Shown: positions 24,132-34,683 of the stretch, piece after piece
Position numbering within the stretch: position 1 is the stretch's first letter
How the letters are laid out: each line of letters begins with the position of its first letter
NCBI RefSeq assembly: GCF_963921235.1
Contig: NC_086097.1
Coordinates: 59,026,001-59,090,000, forward strand
Length of the DNA: 64,000 bases
Source of the DNA: Mobula hypostoma
Lineage: Eukaryota
Reading direction: 5' to 3'
The notes under the pieces: generated by a model
Databases searched by the model: none
Seen by the model: only the letters and a program-made list of their open reading frames with translations
What the model was told of the DNA's origin: nothing
Program-made: the position numbers and the translations under genes

Positions 24132-24261
24132 TATAGGGAAATGACACACTATCTTAAATAGAAACATAGTTTTCCCAAGATGATGCAATTACAGAAGGAG
24201 GTAGAAATCTGATGGCCTTCTACAGTCCCCCATCCTTCCTTGCACAGTTGCTTTGGACTGG

Positions 24262-24624
24262 AGATAGGTCACAGAAGCAGAATTAGCAGAATTGGCCCGT
24301 CAAACCTGCTCCACCATTCAATAATGGCTGATTTATCTTCCCTCTCAACCCTATTCTCCTGCCTTCTCCATTCACTTTTGATGTCCTTACTAATCAAGAA
24401 ACTAGCAACCTCCACTTTAAATACACCCATTGATTTGAACTCCACAACCTTCTGTGGCAGGTTCATCACTCTCCAACTAAAGAAATTCCTCCTCATCTCT
24501 GTTCGAAAAAGACGTCTTTATTCTGAGTCTGTGCCCTCTGGTACTAGTCTCTCCCAATATTGGAATCATTCCCTCCAATTCCACCCTATCTAGCCCTTTC
24601 AACATTCAGTAGCATTCAATGAGA
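24262..24624 (-). mobile_element. CR1 3' fragment, continuing at 30281-30450 after the Gypsy insertion
   Basis: MRRNFFSWRVMNLP...FKVEVASFL. The sequence resumes after the right LTR. Confidence 0.75.
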
Positions 24625-24729
24625 TGTAACCAGGTGACTGTTGAATATTATTTTTTATTGTTAAAAGTGCACTTATGTATTCACCCTGGTAATGCTAAAA
24701 TAGCTGTCCGTGCCTTTAAGGGAAAACGG

Positions 24730-24748
24730 TGACGTCATTATGCACGTG
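24730..24748. promoter_or_regulatory. CRE (TGACGTCA) and E-box (CACGTG) motifs in the Gypsy 5' LTR
   Basis: Exact palindromic consensus matches at 24730-24737 and 24743-24748. Function untested. Confidence 0.35.
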
Positions 24749-25221
24749 CGATGTAGAAAATAAAGAGTTACAATGTTCTAGAAAGCACTTCAAGTACTGG
24801 AAGCTGCTTTTCCCCCAAGAGTATTGGTCGTATGGTGAGGAAAGATTTTTGCAAATAAGGTATCGGTGCTGGATCGCTTGGTCATGTGAAGTTCCTTATC
24901 AGCCTAGTAGCATGAGTGAGGAGAATTCACTTCAGGGTCTTGCCCATACATGTTTGGAAGTTAAGCACGTGTGTGCCAAAAATTGCCACTACTGCATTGG
25001 TTTTGAACAGTGTATTTGTTTTTATTTATTTTCATACTGCATACGTCACAAGGTGTGAATTAAGCTGAGATTGTAACAGCAGGAACTGGTTTTTTTACAA
25101 TTTATTTTGTTGTTTTATTCTGATACCCTCTTCTTGCATTACAACATCTAAAACAGATCAAGGAATTAAAGACCCGAAGAAGTATTTGTCCTGAGTGTGT
25201 ATTTTTCCCAGGCTACAAAAT

Positions 25222-25238
25222 TTGGTGCCAGAAGTGAG
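25222..25238 (+). other. Primer-binding site, probably tRNA-Leu
   Basis: tggtgccagaagtg just 3' of the LTR resembles the TGGTGTCAGAAGTG tRNA-Leu PBS. Confidence 0.65.
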
Positions 25239-28200
25239 GTAATTCCAAGCCAGTTTGGAGGAGTTTTGGAGTTTTGTATGCAGTACAATATACAATACAT
25301 AATATGGTAGTGGTGAAGAACAGGACAATCATTCCTGTGGGACGGAAGGAGAGCCTGTTGTCGCACAGTCGCCTTGATACTGGGTTGGGACATCAGGGAT
25401 TGACACCAAAACGTGGAACTGTGACGATGATCCTGAGCAACAATGGCTGTGAAGTCATTGTTTTCTGCAGGAGATGTCAGCAACCCCTTTTCCAGGCTTG
25501 TTGTAGAGACTGTAAGGACTTGTGTCTTCACAATGTACATTCAGAAAATGAACAAACTGAATCTGATTTGAATGAACAATTAGAGAATTATGTAGTAGGC
25601 ATGAGGAAGCCATGGAAACTATAAATAAATTAAGCAAAAGGTCCTATGTATATGTTCCAAGGGAAGAACACATCGCTCCATTTATGGGGGATGTTGAGAG
25701 AGATAGGACATCTTTTGATGACTTTATTGAAGAAGTTGAATGGGTGCTTCATGCTGGAAATCAGTCTGACCAGGATCAGTATGATGTTCTTATGTCACTG
25801 CTCGGGAGTGCACCTCGAGAAGAAGCACATATGCACAGTGATGCTGAAGAAGAGCAGGCTGACGACTTGTTCACCTGTCTCAGGGAAACTTTTAGGCACA
25901 AGCGTAATGCACCTCAACTGCTGCGTAGCTTCTATAGCCACACACAGTGTGTGGGTGAAGACATACGGATAGTTTTCACATGCCCTCGCCCAAGCTCTTT
26001 ACGTGCTACTCCCCTGATGCTATGCCCAATATGAGGGTGGTGCTCAAAGATCAATTTATAGAGGGGATCAGAGATCCCTTAGAAGCGATCTCCACAGATA
26101 CATGTAGAAGAACCCTGAGTCCTCAATGATAGAAGCGCTAGAGATGTCTCTCCTGTGGTTTTTAGTAGAGTCCTCAGGAAATGCAAAGACTGTAAAGTTA
26201 AAGAATAGCAGTAGCCAGGCACAGTGCTCAACTCTTAATTGTCAGGAATCTAAGTCTGTCACCTAGATGAGGTCTTTAAAGTAGCCGCAGAGCAGGGCAA
26301 AGCCATTAGTGCGTCGACTCAAGCAGTGAATGATCTGACTGTACAGAGAGGTGTTACATATGCTATTTGCAGTAGACCTATGTTACAGCCTAGGTTCACA
26401 GAGGATGGGCTGCCAGTATGTTTCAAGTGTCAGGTGGGGTGGGGGGGGGGGTACATGGGGCTGAGAATTGCCCACAGAAGCGAAGTGCAAGGGATGTAGA
26501 ATCAACATCCTCCAGCCCTCAGGTTGTGAGTCGGTCAATTCAGGGCAACCTCATAGACTCAGATAACGTACAGCCATCTTGTGACCAGTTGCCACAACCT
26601 GCCAAGGGAACATGTCCTGTCACTGAGCTTAAGATATCAGGTGTTGCTGTCCGTTGTCTGTTAGACACAGGTAGTCAAATGAGCACCATCACTGAGCAGT
26701 TCTTTTGAGAACATTTGAATGGAGAGGATGAGGATATGTTGTTCTCTGCTGGCTGGCTCAGGTTAACAGCTGCCAACGGTCTTCATATTCCTTACTTTGG
26801 ATATCTAGAACTAGATGTTCATACAATGGGCATGAAGATACCAACTTGTAGCTTTCTAGTAGTCAGGCATCCTGTTAGCACTGAACAACCCATCCCATGC
26901 ATTGTTTGCATGAACATTATAAGCCAATGTAGACAACTTGTCTACGCAGAATTTGACACAACACTAGAAGGAAAGTTGGACTCTGATTGGAGAGATGTTT
27001 TCCAGAAAATGCAGATGTGCGCTAGCGAAAAGAAAGCTGTAGTCTGAGTATATGGAAAAGATACTGAGCACATACCTGTTGAATCTGTAGTTACCATTGT
27101 GGCTGCTAGTGACCATAAGATGTCACTTGAACCACTTAACACCCCTCTACTAGAAGGTCTTGTAGTTATTCCTATTCTCGTTGACTCTTGCAGCCCCACA
27201 GTACCAGGATAGGTTTTAAATCTGTCTTGAGAGAATTTATGGCTGTCCTCTATGACCTGGCTAGGTATCCTCTCAAAGGTAGAGTGCATAGATAGTGATC
27301 AGCAATGTGCTGTAAGATTTCAGCAGATCTCGGCTGCCATTGAACAAGTGAAAGTTAATGTAAAAGAGGAGTGGAGTAAACTCAAGTTAAAGTTAATTCC
27401 AGACAAGCTCGACATTGGGGATAATGAAGAACAACAAACTTATCTAAGAATTATACTGGCAAAGTACCTGGATATGTTTGTAGTAGAAGGTGAAGACCTT
27501 GGGTACACTGACAAGGTCAAGCATGAAATTCAGTTAATTGATGACGAGATCGTTTCACAGCCATACCGTCACGTTCCGCCCAATCAGTACAGTGAAGTGA
27601 AAGAGCACATCTCAAAGTTGTTGAAGAAGAATGTGAACGGAGAGAATAGTAGTGCGTATGCCTCACCTATAGTGTTGGTATGGAAGAATGATGGTAACGT
27701 AAGACTGTGTGTAGATTATCGAAGACTGAATCTTAAGAACAAAGGATGCCTATCTGCTCCCCTGGATTGATGCAGATGCTCTGCAGGGAGTGCAGTTTTT
27801 CTCAGTGATAGGCCTCACGAGTGGTTACCGTTAAGTAGTGGTAGAGGAGTGTAACAGATATAAGACTGCCTTTGTGATCCTGTTTGGTTTATATGAGTAT
27901 CTTTGCATGCTGTTTGGAGTTTGCAATGGTCTGGTGATTTTTCAAAGTCTCATGCGGGCAAGCAGGAATGACTGAGTCTTCCAAATTATGCTGGTATATC
28001 TGGATGATATTCTGTTGTATTTGCAGACTTTCCAAGAACACTTGGAGAAGTTTGACATTGTGCTTCAGCGTCTCAAGGAGACTGGTCTAAGGTGAAATTG
28101 GAAAAATGTCATTTTCTGCAGTCAGCAGTTAAGTTCTTAGGACCCCAGATATCAGCCAAGGCAACAGGCACAGATCACAAGAAGGTCTCGGCTGTTCAGC

Positions 28201-29585
28201 AACGGCTAGTACCATCTACAGTCAAAGACTTATGATCGTTTCTTGGCTTTTGTAGTTATTATAGACAGTTCGTTTAGGGATTCTCAAAGATTGCTGGTCC
28301 GCTGCGTGATGTAGTGTATTTGGTGTCTTTGTGCAGGGAGTCACAGTAAAACAAATCAGCTGTTAAAATAGTCTTGGAAGAAAGGATGTCAAACTAATTT
28401 TGACTTGCTCAAAGTGAAACTGACCAGTTCACCTATCCTTGGCTTTGCTGATTTCACATGACCTTTCATTGTAGAGACCGAAGCAAGCAGTCACAGACTA
28501 GGAGCTGTTTTATACCAGCAACAGGGAGAGACAAAGAAGGTTATTGCATATGCAAGCCAACGATTGAGAAGTGCTGAAAAGAATGATAGGAATTACAGCG
28601 GCATGAAGTTAGAGCTGCTTGCACTTAAGTGGGCTATAGTAGAGAAATTTGGTGGTTACTTATTGGGTTCTAAATTCACTGTAGTTACTGACAATAATCT
28701 GTTATCCCACTTATTAAAAAAAGTTGGGAGCAATTGAGCAGGGATGGATCTCACAGCTGTCAGTGTTTGACTTTGATGTTCAGTATCGTCCAGGTTGGGG
28801 CAATACTGTGGCTGATGCTCCCTCTAGGCAGCCATTTGCAGGGGAGCCTGAGCCTACCTCAGTGGAAGGTGAGTTTGATGGGTCTGTGACGGTCTGTAGT
28901 CTGATCAATCGCGGCTCTGCTCTTGACCTGGCACTAGCAACAGCTGGTCTTAAAAGCTGTAAGGTTAAGCAAATCCAAGCTCTTGAAGCTGGTAATAGCG
29001 ATGTAAGTGGTCTGGTGCAAGGAACCACCCCAACCCTCCCGGGTATTCTAATGGAGAATTGCACACTTTTCAGCAGCAAGACCCTGTGTTAAGTGTCTTC
29101 AGAAACTTATGAGACCAGAAAAGAAAGCTGAATGACAAGGAATGTAAAACTCTGCTTGAACCTGTTTTGTCTCTGTTAAAGCACTTGGACAGTATCTGTC
29201 ACAACCATGGGTTCGGCAGTCCAGTAGATACGGTATTTGCACTGGTGAATCTGCACGTGTCAGCTAATTATTCTTTAATCATGGTAGTACTTAACTCCAT
29301 ACTTGTCGTCGTAGTGCTTGTCAAGACTTGGACAGAGCATAGCAACCCTTTGCTGCTGTTTGCATTTGGCCTTCCTTGAGATATTGGACTTTCATGTCAA
29401 CTGACTCTGAAGACAAGAGGTATTCGTTTAATATTCAGAAGTTCTTTTCAGCCGCAGTATAGGGTTCGCTTTCCTTTTGGGAATTTTGGAGTGTGTGGAC
29501 CAAACTTAAGCTGAGATTGTAACAGCAGGAAATGTGTTTTAAAATTTATTTTATTATTTTATTTTGATACCCTCTTTCTGCATTA

Positions 29586-30189
29586 GTAGTAGTAGGCAGC
29601 TGTCGATCCCAGGGGATCATGGGTTTGTTGCTTTGGTAGACTGTGTCCTCTCCAGGGCTCAAGCCTGGGTGGGAAGATTTGAAGAACCGGCTGTTGCCCA
29701 TGCAGCAGGTTCCCCCTTTCCATGTCACTGATGTAGTCGAAGGGAAGGGCACGTGCCGATACAGCTTGGCACCAGTGTCAGGAGGTTGCCTGAGTGAAGT
29801 TGTAAACAACATCAAACTGCCTTAGGGACCCTGACTCCAAACTTCTTCCTCTGGGTTTACTCTCGAAGTCTTTCCCATGGGTGGGTGTGGCCACAAGGCA
29901 GCAGAGGTTTAAAATCAGAGTTTTCCTTCTCCTAGGCGGGCTACCGTCCAAAGCTGATGAGCCCCACTTGCCCAAAGCAACTGGTTTTGAGGCGCCAGTG
30001 GTTCGCCTTTGCCCCTTCTCTTGTCAGTAGAAACAATTCCACTGGGCCTAGTAGCTAAGCCACACGTGAAGGCTAAGAGTTGCACTTGGTTGTCAGAGGC
30101 TGTTAGAGACGCACACCATTTGGAGCACTTTATAGGTGGTGGGAGATTCTCCCCATTACAACCCCCCGGCTATGACAAGCTTAGGAACC
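29586..30189 (-). mobile_element. Bipartite non-autonomous RTE-derived element inside the Gypsy 3' LTR
   Basis: 12-bp TSD ctttctgcatta (29574-29585 and 30190-30201), (cta)n tail, and ggagaaggaaaactctgattttaaacc motif on minus. Confidence 0.8.
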
Positions 30190-30490
30190 CTTTCTGCATT
30201 AAAACATGTAAAATAGATAAAGGAATTAAACACCTGAAAAAGCATTTGTTGTCCTGAGTGTATATATTTCCCAGGCTATAATATTGCTCTTCACTCTTCT
30301 AAACTCCAGTAAATACAAGCATCGAACCATCTCCATGCACTCTTTATTCCAGAATCCTAGTCGCAAACCTCCTCTGGATCCTCTTCAATGCCAGTACGTT
30401 CTTACTTAGATATGGGGCTCAAAACTGCTCACAATACTCCAAGTGTGACGTGAAGGTATGTACTAGATCAGCAACTGAATGGTTCATCTA

Positions 30491-30691
30491 CAAACAAGAG
30501 AAAATCTGCAGATGCTGGAAATCCAAGCAACACGTACAAAATGCTGGAGGAACTCAGCAGCCAGGCCACATCTATGGAAAAGAGTGCAGTTGACGTTTTG
30601 GGCCGAGACCCTTCATCAGCGTATGAAAAGTCCTAATGAAGGGTCTCAGCCGGAAACGTCAACTGTGCTCTTTTCCATAGATGTGGCCTGG
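30491..30691. mobile_element. Penelope pseudo-LTR insertion in inverted arrangement with two degenerate hammerhead motifs
   Basis: 59-bp inverted arms at 30561-30619 and 30633-30691. Confidence 0.8.
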
Positions 30692-33600
30692 AAAATTGAT
30701 TAGTAGTTTGTAGGCATGCTGAAAACATGAAAAAAAACATGAGAGTTAAAATTGCCACGAGTGTATGTGAAATGGGCTTTATCGCTGCATAAAAGAACAT
30801 TAACAAGTCGGGATTAGTCTGGTAAGATCGCCCATCATCATAATTTACAATAACAACTTGCTATTATACATGAATATTAAGTGTAAATAAGTGCTCCACA
30901 GAGGCATAGCTGAGCCATAGAAAGAACTAGTCTATTGGCTCTCAAAATGGAACCTCTCCGCAGGGCAGAGCATAATTGAAGAAATATCAAGGGGATGTTC
31001 AAAGGGAACTGCAGTTGCCATGGGAGATTTTAAACTATATATTGAATGGACATATCAAACTGGCAAGGGCATTGTAGAACAAAAATTTGAGGAGTGCATA
31101 AGAGAATGATTCTTAGAACCATATATTATGGAACCTACCGAGAAACAGGCTAATTTAGACTTGGCCATAAGTAATGAGGAAATATGAATAAAAGATATTG
31201 ATTGTGAAGATCTCCTAGGAGGTAATGATCATAGCATGATAAAATTCCAGATGCAGGTAGTGGCTGGACACCACAGGAACAAAACCACTGTCTTAAACTT
31301 AAATAGGAGCAATTATAATGGCATAAAGATAGAGCGGTTTGAAGTGGACTGGGAAAATAAGCTGAGAGTCAGATGTTTAAACAATTGATCCATAACATTC
31401 AGCAAGAAATGATCTCAATTAGAAAAGAAACTCCAGGAAAAAGGGCATGATTTGTGGGTAGCAAAGGAGGTTAGAGATAAAGTTAAATTGAAAAATACAA
31501 GATAGGAACTGTAGTAAGCTAGAGAACTGGAAAGCTCACAAGAATGGGCAATATTGATTTGAACAGAAAACTTCAATGTAATATTCACATGCAGTATATG
31601 TGATGTGGATATATAAATAGGATGAAAATAGCTAAAATAGGTCTGGACCCTGCAATAAGCAAGGCTGGTGAATTAGTATCAGGAAACAAAGGAATGGCAG
31701 ATATGTTAATTCAAAATTTTGCATAAATTTTCACAGTGGAGGGCACTGCATATATCCCAAAATAACTCCTAAGCTCATTTCAAAAATCAGGGAAGAACTT
31801 GTAAGCATCCCAAACACATTGGAGGAACTTATGGGGTTGAAGGCAAGGAGCTGATGGTCTCTACCCGACAAGTTTAAAAGAAATGGCTGCAGAGTAGTGG
31901 ACCCATTGAATGAAATCCTTCAAAGCTCACTAAATTCCAGGAGGGTACCAAAAGATTGGAAAGCAGCTGATGTAATTCCTCTGAATTAGTTTCCAGATGA
32001 GCTCAATGCCTTCTATGCTCACTTTGATCATCAGAACATGGAGGAAAATTCACAAACCCCCACAGCCCCCGATGATGCTGTGATCTCAGTCTCTGAGATC
32101 AATAAGAGAACATACGGAAAGCATACGGAGGGTGAACTCACGGAAAGCATCCAGCTCAGTTGGGGTACCTGGATAAGTACTAAATACCTGTGCTGATCTA
32201 CTGGCTGGAGTGTTCACCAACACCTCAACCTCTCATTTTGGCAGTCTGAGGTACCCACCTACTTTAAACAGGCCTCAATCATATCAGTGCCTAAGAAGAA
32301 TATGGTAATCTGCCTCTAGTAGCACTTAAATCCACTGTGACACAGTGTTTTGGGAGGTTGGTGATGAAGAACATCAACTCCTCCCTGAGAAATGATTTGG
32401 ATCCACTCCAATTTGCCTACTGGACCAACAGGTCCACAGTATATGCTATTTCTTTGGCTCTTCAGTCAACCCTCGGACATCTTGACAGCAGAGATGCTTA
32501 TATCAGGATGTTTGTTTTTGACTACAGCTCAGCATTCAATACTATCATTCTCTCAAAACTAATCAATAATCTTCAAGACATTCCTTCCTTGTGCAGATGG
32601 GTCCTTGACTTCATCACTTGCAGACCCCAGGCAGTTTGGATTGGCAACAACATCTACTGCAGAATCCCCATCAAAACTGTGTGCATAGCCCTCTACTCTA
32701 CTTGCTTAACACTTATGGCTGTGTGGCTAAGCATAACTCCAATGCCAAATTTGAGTTTGTTCGTGACACTACCGTTGTTGGTCAAATCAAAGATGGCGAC
32801 AATTCAGCATGTTGGAGGGAGATTGAAAGTTTGGCTAAGTGGTACCACAACAACAATCTTTCACTCAATGTCTGTGACACCAAGGAGCTTCAGCAGGAGG
32901 AAACTGGAGGTCCGTAAACCAGATCTCATCAGAGAATGAAAGCTGGAGAGTGTAAGTAGCTTTAAATTCCTCAGTGTTTCTGAGGACCTGCTCTTGGGCC
33001 CAGCACATAAATGCAATTATGAAGAAAGCACGGCAGCGCCTCACTTCCGTAGATATTTTGAAGATTAGGCATGATATCTAATAACTTGACAAACTTCTAT
33101 ATTTGTGTGGTGGAGAGTATTTTGATTGGTTGCAACACAGGCTGGTATGGAAATACTGATGCCTTTAAATGGAAAATCTGACAAAAGAGTAATGAGTGTG
33201 ACCCAATCCATCAAGGGTAAAGCCATCCCCTCTATTGAGCACATCTACATGGAGTGCTGTTGCAGGAAACCAGCATCCATTCACAGGGACTCCCACCATC
33301 CAGACCATGCTCTCTTCTTGCTGCTGCCATCGGGAAGAAGGTACAGAAGCCTTAGAATTCACACAACCAGGTTCAGGAACAGTTACTACCCTCAACCATC
33401 AGACTCTTGAACCAAGATTCGAAGCAAGAAGGCTGCGAGTGGAATGTCTGACAGGACTTTCGGAGAGAAGACATTTTACTGCTCGGGGTGAAGAGAGGCA
33501 AGACTGCGCAGGTGCTTGACGTCAGCCAGTAGAGAGCGGGAAGAGATTAAAAAGAAGACCGCCGTATACAGTGGGCAGCATTCGGAGTGGCCTTTGGCTC

Positions 33601-33735
33601 AAACAGGGCTTCGGCGAGGAAGGGTCAAGGCAAAGAACTGACTCACAGAGATTCACAGATAACAGCCTTTGACTTCCCCAGCGGACGCTTCCCTTTCTCC
33701 TGTGGTCCTCTTCTGCTAACATCCATTGCTCTGAC

Positions 33736-34683
33736 ATGGCAGGTGAGCCCAGACCAGTGCCATGCTCCTCCTGTGACATGTGGGAACTCAGGGAGGCTGA
33801 CAGTGTCCCTCAAGACCACGTGTGCAGGAAGTGTGTCCAGCTGCAACTCCTGATGGACCGCGTGGTGGCACTGGAGCTGCGCATGGACTCACTTTGGAGC
33901 ATCCAAGATGCTGAGAACGTTGTGGATAGCACATTTAGTAAGTTGGTCACACCGCAGTTTAAGGATCTAAGGAAAGATAGGGAATGGGTGACCAACAGGA
34001 AGAGTAGTAGCAGGAAGGTAGTACAGGAGTCTCCTGCGGTCATCTCCCTCCAAAGCAGATATACTGCTTTGGAGTCTGTTGGGGGAGATGGCTCATCAGG
34101 TGAAGGCAGCAGTAGCCAGGATCATGGCACCGTGGGTGATTCTGCTGCGCAGGAGGGCAAGAAAAAGAATGGCGGAGCTGTTGTGGTAGGGGATTCCACG
34201 GTAAGGGGAATAGAGAGGGGCTTCTGTGGCTGCAAATGGGATCCCCGTATGGTGTGTTGCCTCCCGGATGCAAGGGTCAGAGATGTCTCGGAGAGGCTGC
34301 AGGGCATTCTGAAAGGAAAAAGTGAGCAGCCAGCTGTCGTGGTGCATGTAGTTACTAACGATATAGGAAGAAAGCGGGATGAGGTCCTACAAGTTGAATT
34401 TAGGGAGCTAGGAGATAAATTAAGGAGTAGGACCTCAAAGTTAATAATCTCAGGATTACCACCAGTGCCACGTGCTAGCCAGAGTTGGAATAGCAGGATA
34501 GCTAGAATGAATATGGGGCTTGAGCGGTGGTACAGGAGGGAGGGTTTCAGATTCCTGGGGCATTGGAATAGCTTCTGGGGGAGGTGGAACCAGTATTGTC
34601 TGGACGATCTACATCTGGGCAGGGCCAGGATCAATGTCCTAGGGAGATTGTTTGTCAGTGCTATTCAGGAGGTTTTAAACTAA
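33736..34683 (+). CDS. CR1 ORF1p: zinc finger/leucine zipper plus SGNH esterase-like domain, open 315-aa frame
   Basis: CSSCDMW...CRKCVQLQLLMDRVVALE, then VVGDSTVRG, VVHVVTNDIG and DDLHL esterase blocks. Confidence 0.85.
   Translation: MAGEPRPVPCSSCDMWELREADSVPQDHVCRKCVQLQLLMDRVVALELRMDSLWSIQDAENVVDSTFSKLVTPQFKDLRKDREWVTNRKSSSRKVVQESPAVISLQSRYTALESVGGDGSSGEGSSSQDHGTVGDSAAQEGKKKNGGAVVVGDSTVRGIERGFCGCKWDPRMVCCLPDARVRDVSERLQGILKGKSEQPAVVVHVVTNDIGRKRDEVLQVEFRELGDKLRSRTSKLIISGLPPVPRASQSWNSRIARMNMGLERWYRREGFRFLGHWNSFWGRWNQYCLDDLHLGRARINVLGRLFVSAIQEVLN

Larger units (their letters stand above)
24625..30280 (+). mobile_element. Decayed Gypsy LTR retrotransposon lacking integrase
   Basis: 5' LTR tgtaac...ggctaca (24625-25217). 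Remnants of gag with a CCHC-like CFKC..H....C, protease CLLDTGSQMSTI, RT (ASPIVLVWKNDGNVRLCVDYRRLN, YLDD) and RNase H (LKWAIVEKF, VQYRPG). Partial 3' LTR at about 29505-30280, split by an RTE-derived insert. Many stops and frameshifts. Confidence 0.9.

Noticed and set aside
26535..26560. Gypsy gag-pol frameshift site
   Set aside because: cagggcaac only loosely resembles G GGA AAC, and the element is too decayed to set the register.
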